A DNA stretch of 64,000 bases from Acidobacteriota bacterium (lineage in GTDB: Bacteria > Acidobacteriota > UBA890 > WLXD01): the NCBI GenBank assembly GCA_963666055.2, contig CAXWPH010000006.1:256001-320000 (forward strand), given 5' to 3'. The notes beneath the pieces were generated by a model that did not search any database, was not told the origin of the DNA, and was given only the letters and a program-made list of their open reading frames with translations. Shown here piece after piece: positions 59,241 through 64,000 of this stretch; the stretch's first letter is position 1, and the number at the start of each line of letters is the position of its first letter. Made by a program: the position numbers and the translations under genes.

Positions 59241-59319
59241 CGTTGGATCTCGCACGCTCCGGCGATAGGCTTCAGGCGCTCACCCACCCTGCCTCGGGAG
59301 CGCCATGGAACCCGGTACC
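59241..59319 (+). promoter_or_regulatory. Kinase-type promoter module, copy 8, with a 5-codon kinase stub MEPGT
   Basis: TTGGAT(59243)-17 bp-TAGGCT(59266)...GGGAGCGCCATGGAACCCGGTACC. Confidence 0.75.
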
Positions 59320-59324
59320 TTCGC

Positions 59325-59432
59325 GATCGCGCACCTGTCGAAGACGTTTCGCGTCTTGTGCCCTGTGATCTTCATCGCCACGGTGCCTGGTACGCCGGCT
59401 CCGAGTAGGTTCGTGACCGCCGTCCACCGGAG
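59325..59432 (-). pseudogene. C-terminal remnant of a tyrosine recombinase
   Basis: LRWTAVTNLLGAGVPGTVAMKITGHKTRNVFDRCAI resembles box II (catalytic Tyr position is Cys). Confidence 0.7.
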
Positions 59433-59447
59433 AACAACGAGGTGACT

Positions 59448-61265
59448 ATGAAGACGATTCGGATCCTGACCGTGATACTTCTTTTGCCGGTTTCTGCCGT
59501 TGTGGCGCAGCAGCCCCGCATGCCCGCGACGCCCGGGCAGGTCGCCCGGCCCGGAGGGAAGCTGCCGGGCAACGTCCAGATCTCGCTCGTCAAGATCGCG
59601 GACGGCTTTCGGGATCCGACCAATGTTGCCAGCGCCGGGGACGGCACCGGCCGGATCTTCGTGGTCGAGCGCGCCGGCCGGGTCCGGATCGTCCACCGGG
59701 ACGGGCGAGTGCAGAAGGAGCCGTTTCTCGATCTCACCAACATCAATCCCCTGGGGAGCGACGTGCAAACGGGCTTCGTCGAGCAGGGGCTTTACGCGAT
59801 CGCGTTCCATCCCAGTTTCAGGGAGAACGGGTATTTCTATGCGCACTACGCGTCGCTGCCGTTCAACGGAGACGGGATGATCGTGCGTTTCCAGGTCGAC
59901 CCCGAGAGCCCGGACATCGTGACGGCGGAGCGCACACGCCAGACCGCGAAGGTCCTGATGCGGATCGAGCAGCCCTACTACAACCACAACGGCGGGCAGA
60001 TCGAGTTCGGTCCCGACGGCTATCTCTACATCGGGTCCGGGGACGGCGGTTGGGAAGGTGATCCACTGGAGGCTGGGCAGGATCTCTCGACGCTGCTCGG
60101 CAAGATGATCAGGATCGACGTCGACACCTCCGACAACGATCGCATCCCCTACAGAATTCCCGAGACGAACCCCCTAGCCAGCGCCAGTGACGAGCGGCTG
60201 ATGCAGCTTTTCGGAATTTCGGAGCTCGATTTCTCGAAGATCAAGACGAGGTCGCGCCCGGAAATCTGGGCTTACGGCGTGCGCAATCCTTACGAGTTTT
60301 CCTTCGACCTGAAGACGGGCGATCTGTACATCGCCGACGTCGGACAGAACCACTGGGAGGAAATCATCTTCCAGCCCTCAGCGAGCCGTGGAGGAGAAAA
60401 CTACGGCTGGCCGAGGATGAACGGAACGAAGTGCTACCCAATGACGGGCCCTTCCGACCAATGCCCGCAGGTGGGATTGCTGCCGGCAGCGGAGTATCCG
60501 CACGAAGTCCCTTACCCGGGCGCAGCGCCGCTCACGGGAGGCTTTGGCTGCTCGGTGCAGGGACTGGGGGTGGCGAATTACGGCGGAATGAACGGCGTCT
60601 ATCTGGTAGGGGACTGGTGCTCGGGGCGGCTCTTCGGTCTTGGATGGGACGGCGCGCGTTGGCAGCTGGAGGAGCTCCTGCAGACGAACCTGCAGTTCAC
60701 CGCCGGCGGCTATGACGAAGACGGGTTCGTCCTCGCCGTCAACTGCAACTGCTTCTACACGTCGGACCGCGGTCCCGCCGCGAATCCGCCGGGCTCGCTC
60801 TGGCGCATCGTCCCTTCGAGCGAAGTCGGGCCCGGCACCGAGGTCGCAAGAGTGGTCACCGGGGATTCGACGGGCGCAGTGGCGGGCGGCGGTCCCCTGG
60901 TGTTTCGGAACGCCTTGGATGACACGCCGCTGGATTTCAACAGCGAGCCGGAGGCAAGCCTGTCCGCGACGGTCCGGCAGTTCCGGGATTCCGGGCTGAA
61001 TCCCTACAACGGGAATGCGACGGCCGTCGGCGAGGGAAGGACGACCTATCTCCAGGAGTGCGCCTCCTGTCACCTGGAGGATGGTACCGGCCGCATCGGG
61101 TCGAGCCTCGTCGACGATCAATACACTCACGCGCGCGTCTCCACGGACGTCGGGATGTTCGAGGTGATCTACGCCGGCGGGGTGGGCGCGATGCAGCCCG
61201 CCGCCGGCCGCATCACCCTCGACGAGATGCTGAAGATCATGGCGTTTCTCGACTCGTTGAAGTGA
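59448..61265 (+). CDS. PQQ-dependent glucose/sorbosone dehydrogenase fused to a C-terminal cytochrome c
   Basis: Signal peptide, EQGL, NHNGG, GDGG, YGVRNPY, DVGQNHWEE; CASCH. Confidence 0.88.
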   Translation: MKTIRILTVILLLPVSAVVAQQPRMPATPGQVARPGGKLPGNVQISLVKIADGFRDPTNVASAGDGTGRIFVVERAGRVRIVHRDGRVQKEPFLDLTNINPLGSDVQTGFVEQGLYAIAFHPSFRENGYFYAHYASLPFNGDGMIVRFQVDPESPDIVTAERTRQTAKVLMRIEQPYYNHNGGQIEFGPDGYLYIGSGDGGWEGDPLEAGQDLSTLLGKMIRIDVDTSDNDRIPYRIPETNPLASASDERLMQLFGISELDFSKIKTRSRPEIWAYGVRNPYEFSFDLKTGDLYIADVGQNHWEEIIFQPSASRGGENYGWPRMNGTKCYPMTGPSDQCPQVGLLPAAEYPHEVPYPGAAPLTGGFGCSVQGLGVANYGGMNGVYLVGDWCSGRLFGLGWDGARWQLEELLQTNLQFTAGGYDEDGFVLAVNCNCFYTSDRGPAANPPGSLWRIVPSSEVGPGTEVARVVTGDSTGAVAGGGPLVFRNALDDTPLDFNSEPEASLSATVRQFRDSGLNPYNGNATAVGEGRTTYLQECASCHLEDGTGRIGSSLVDDQYTHARVSTDVGMFEVIYAGGVGAMQPAAGRITLDEMLKIMAFLDSLK

Positions 61266-61417
61266 TGACGTATCTCGACCTCGATGAGTACCTGGTCGAG
61301 TTGTAGATCATAGATACGATCGCCGACGAGCAGGCGGTCCGGTCGTTGACGCTCCACGTAGTGGAAGCCAACTAGCGAGCGCCGGCCGGTAGCAAGGACC
61401 TGTGTGGACTGGTCAGC

Positions 61418-63805
61418 GTGCGGCGATCTGGTAAGAATACCGCTTCGGGGGATCTGCTTACCGAAAGCAATTGTGGATCTCCAGAGATTGGAGCGCCCGT
61501 GACAACAGGCCCCTTGGAACACGGCGGTGCTGTGCCTACGCGCCTCGCGCGCCTGTTGGTGGCGACCTGTGCGCTGCTGCCGGCAGCGTGGATCCCAATG
61601 GCCCAGGCAGCCGATGGAGGGGTCGCGGCGGGGGTACAGGTGCCGGGCACCGTTGACCTGGAGAAGTCCATCGCTGCAACCCGGGTAACCGTCGCGCCGA
61701 CGCTCGACGGTCGCCTCGACGACCAGGTCTGGACCGAAGCGATCGCGGCCTCCGAATTCCGTCAGCGGGAGCCGATCGAGGGAGCGCCGGCATCCGAGAG
61801 AACCGAGGTTCGCATCCTCTACGACGACGACAACCTCTACTTCGGGTTCGTTCTCTTCGATAGCGACCCGAGCGGGATTCGCGCCACCCAACTGCGACGC
61901 GACAGCCTCCGGCTTCGCACCCGGCGGCCGGGCAGAGGTACGGGTGGGGGCGGTGCCGGAGCCGCAGCGGCCGGACTATCCGACGACACCGTCAGCGTGA
62001 TCCTGGACACCTTTCACGATCATCGCAACGCCTTCGTGTTCACCGTCAACGCGTTGGGTACGCGCAGCGATGCGACGGTGCGAAACGAGCGCGAGGTCAA
62101 TCAGGATTGGGATGAGCGCTGGGAGGCGGCAGCCCAGATCACCGACCGGGGATGGGAGGCCGAGATGAGCATTCCCTGGGCCAGCTTGCGTTATGCGCAG
62201 GGCAATCCGATATGGGGGATCGACTTTCGGCGCCAGATTCGTCGCAAGAACGAGGAGGTCGTCTGGAGCAACTACGGCCAGGACTACGAGTTCACGACGA
62301 TCTCCCAGGCGGGCCAGTTGCAGGGCCTGGTAGACCTGCGATTAACGGGGCGCTTTCGCCTCAAGCCCTATGTGCTCGGTGGATACGATTCCTTCCAGCA
62401 GCGGGAGGTGCCGATCTCGGAGAGCTCTGCCGCGTTCGGCATCGAGGACTTCAAGATCAAGCTGACGTCTAACCTCACCTCGCAGCTGACGTACAACACC
62501 GATTTCGCCCAGGTGGAGGTCGACGAGCAGAGGGTTAACCTGACGCGATTTTCGCTCTTCTTCCCGGAGAAGCGCGAGTTCTTCCTGGAGGCGGCCAACA
62601 GCTTCAGCTTCGGCAACACGGAAGGTGGGCTCGGAAGCCCGCCACCATCGCGGCTGTTCTTCTCGCGACGGATCGGCCTGGATGACGACGGCAACTCACT
62701 GCCGATCGATTTCGGCGCCAAGCTGACGGGCAAGATCGGTCGCGGAAACCTCGGCTTTCTGAACGTCCAGACCGGCGACTCGCAGTTCGGTGAGGGCCGC
62801 AACTACACCGCCCTACGATGGCGCCAAGATCTGTTTGCTCGATCGAGTGTCGGTGCCTTCATCTCCAACGTTCAGGGACCCGGAGGAGACACCAACCGGG
62901 TCCCCGGGCTCGATGCCAACTTCACCTTTCTCGATCACCTCAACATTTCGGGCTTCGCCGCTCAGGCGCGAGACAGCGAGGTCGACGGTGGCTCCTGGAT
63001 CGGACACTTCCAAACTCGTTGGGAGAGCGATCTGTGGGAGGCGAACGCGGAGATCATGGTGATCGAGGAGGACTTTCGCACCGACCTCGGCTTCATCCCT
63101 CGCACCAACATCATCAAGCAGAGGCTCACCGGCAGCTACAAGCCGCGGCCGGGGCTGTCGTGGTTGCGTCAAGTGGAGATTAACCCGGTCTTTGATCGCA
63201 ACACCACGACTGACGGGCAGCTGGTGACACGCACCAGCTTGTTGCTCACCCGTGTCATCTGGGAATCTGGCGACTCTGTCTTCGCGACCGTTCGCAATCG
63301 GTACGAGCTGCTCGATGTTCCCTTCGAGGTCCATCCGACCGTCACGATTCCCGCTGGCGGATACGAATTCAACCAATGGTCGATCATGTTCAGCAGCTAT
63401 CCGGGTCGGCGAGTCAGCGGTGGCTTGTCGATCCGGACCGGCGAATTCTTCGACGGGGACAGGCTTTTCGTGACCCCTCGCCTGAGTATGCGGATGAATG
63501 AGAACTTCAGCCTACGCGCCGACTACAGCCACAATCGCGTCAGTTTGCCCGGTGGATCGTTCGTCGTTCATCTGGCGCGGCTGCGCGCCGACGTTTCGTT
63601 CTCGGATCGATGGCTCACCGACGCGTTGATGCAATACGACAGCGTGACCGACGAGATCTCGGTGTTCGGTCGTCTCCGCTACATCTATCGCATCGGCGAC
63701 AGCTTCTATCTGGTGTATCGGCAGACACGCCGTTTCAGCGGCGAGTTCTCTGGACTCGAAGACCGATCCTTGACCACGAAGGTGACCTACGCGTTTCAAT
63801 GGTAG
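61418..63805 (+). CDS. CBM9-like + DUF5916 exported/outer-membrane protein; start probably further downstream
   Basis: PTLDGRLDD, LDTFHD, NTDFAQVEVD, FFPEKREFFLE, FFSRRIG. Confidence 0.85.
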   Translation: MRRSGKNTASGDLLTESNCGSPEIGAPVTTGPLEHGGAVPTRLARLLVATCALLPAAWIPMAQAADGGVAAGVQVPGTVDLEKSIAATRVTVAPTLDGRLDDQVWTEAIAASEFRQREPIEGAPASERTEVRILYDDDNLYFGFVLFDSDPSGIRATQLRRDSLRLRTRRPGRGTGGGGAGAAAAGLSDDTVSVILDTFHDHRNAFVFTVNALGTRSDATVRNEREVNQDWDERWEAAAQITDRGWEAEMSIPWASLRYAQGNPIWGIDFRRQIRRKNEEVVWSNYGQDYEFTTISQAGQLQGLVDLRLTGRFRLKPYVLGGYDSFQQREVPISESSAAFGIEDFKIKLTSNLTSQLTYNTDFAQVEVDEQRVNLTRFSLFFPEKREFFLEAANSFSFGNTEGGLGSPPPSRLFFSRRIGLDDDGNSLPIDFGAKLTGKIGRGNLGFLNVQTGDSQFGEGRNYTALRWRQDLFARSSVGAFISNVQGPGGDTNRVPGLDANFTFLDHLNISGFAAQARDSEVDGGSWIGHFQTRWESDLWEANAEIMVIEEDFRTDLGFIPRTNIIKQRLTGSYKPRPGLSWLRQVEINPVFDRNTTTDGQLVTRTSLLLTRVIWESGDSVFATVRNRYELLDVPFEVHPTVTIPAGGYEFNQWSIMFSSYPGRRVSGGLSIRTGEFFDGDRLFVTPRLSMRMNENFSLRADYSHNRVSLPGGSFVVHLARLRADVSFSDRWLTDALMQYDSVTDEISVFGRLRYIYRIGDSFYLVYRQTRRFSGEFSGLEDRSLTTKVTYAFQW

Positions 63806-63881
63806 TTTGGCTCTTCGGAGCCGCTGAGTTGCCCGGCGCCGTCTGGCACGCCGTGGACCGATCTCACCAAGGATCCGTAGC

Positions 63882-64000
63882 GTGTTGAGTACCGAGCCCT
63901 TCTGGCGCAGCCAATTTCCGCGGCCCGACGACTTGCCGGTCTCGGCCACCCTGCCGGAACGGGTGGACGTGGCGATTGTCGGTGGCGGCTATACGGGTCT
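63882..64000 (+). CDS. DAO/PuuB-like FAD oxidoreductase, 3'-partial
   Basis: PFW...VDVAIVGGGYTG at the window edge. Confidence 0.7.
   Translation, partial: MLSTEPFWRSQFPRPDDLPVSATLPERVDVAIVGGGYTG

Noticed and set aside
6624-59319. Classical integron with attC sites
   Set aside because: The repeats lack RYYYAAC...GTTRRRY ends, and the integrase at 29436 is a tRNA-associated phage type rather than IntI
63851-63883. Ninth promoter copy (CCGTGGACC...TAGCGT)
   Set aside because: 18-bp spacing, no downstream conserved block, and it overlaps the start codon
1-64000. CRISPR array or cas genes
   Set aside because: No regularly spaced repeat-spacer run was seen; the repeats are dispersed or two-copy tandems

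Overview
High-GC bacterial accessory region. The gene repertoire resembles Acidobacteriota/Vicinamibacteria genomes (inference). Its backbone is an array of membrane Ser/Thr receptor kinases with TolB/PD40 beta-propeller ectodomains: 5 full-length loci, 3 of them disrupted. Parts of the array recur across the window: a promoter module in 8 copies (TGGACC or TTGGAT, exactly 17 bp, TAGGCT), a ~260-bp inter-kinase spacer, and orphan 5' and 3' kinase stubs. These parts bracket unrelated cargo genes, as if kinase gene bodies had been swapped for cargo while the array joints were kept. The centre holds an ~8.7-kb satellite-like integrative element (integrase, regulators, DnaB-N/AAA replicase, TerS-like, TerL, no capsid or portal) next to two orphan tRNA 3' halves (Leu-CAG, Thr-CGT) and several arm-type repeat sets. 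The left end has an SbcD-like/SMC-like pair and a J-domain membrane protein. The right half has amine- and osmolyte-catabolic enzymes (many with Tat-like signals), a TonB-dependent receptor, IorAB flanked by 32-bp direct repeats, a PQQ dehydrogenase-cytochrome c fusion and many truncated genes. Several frameshifts lie in homopolymers and could be sequencing errors. All family calls come from motif recognition by eye; no searches were run.
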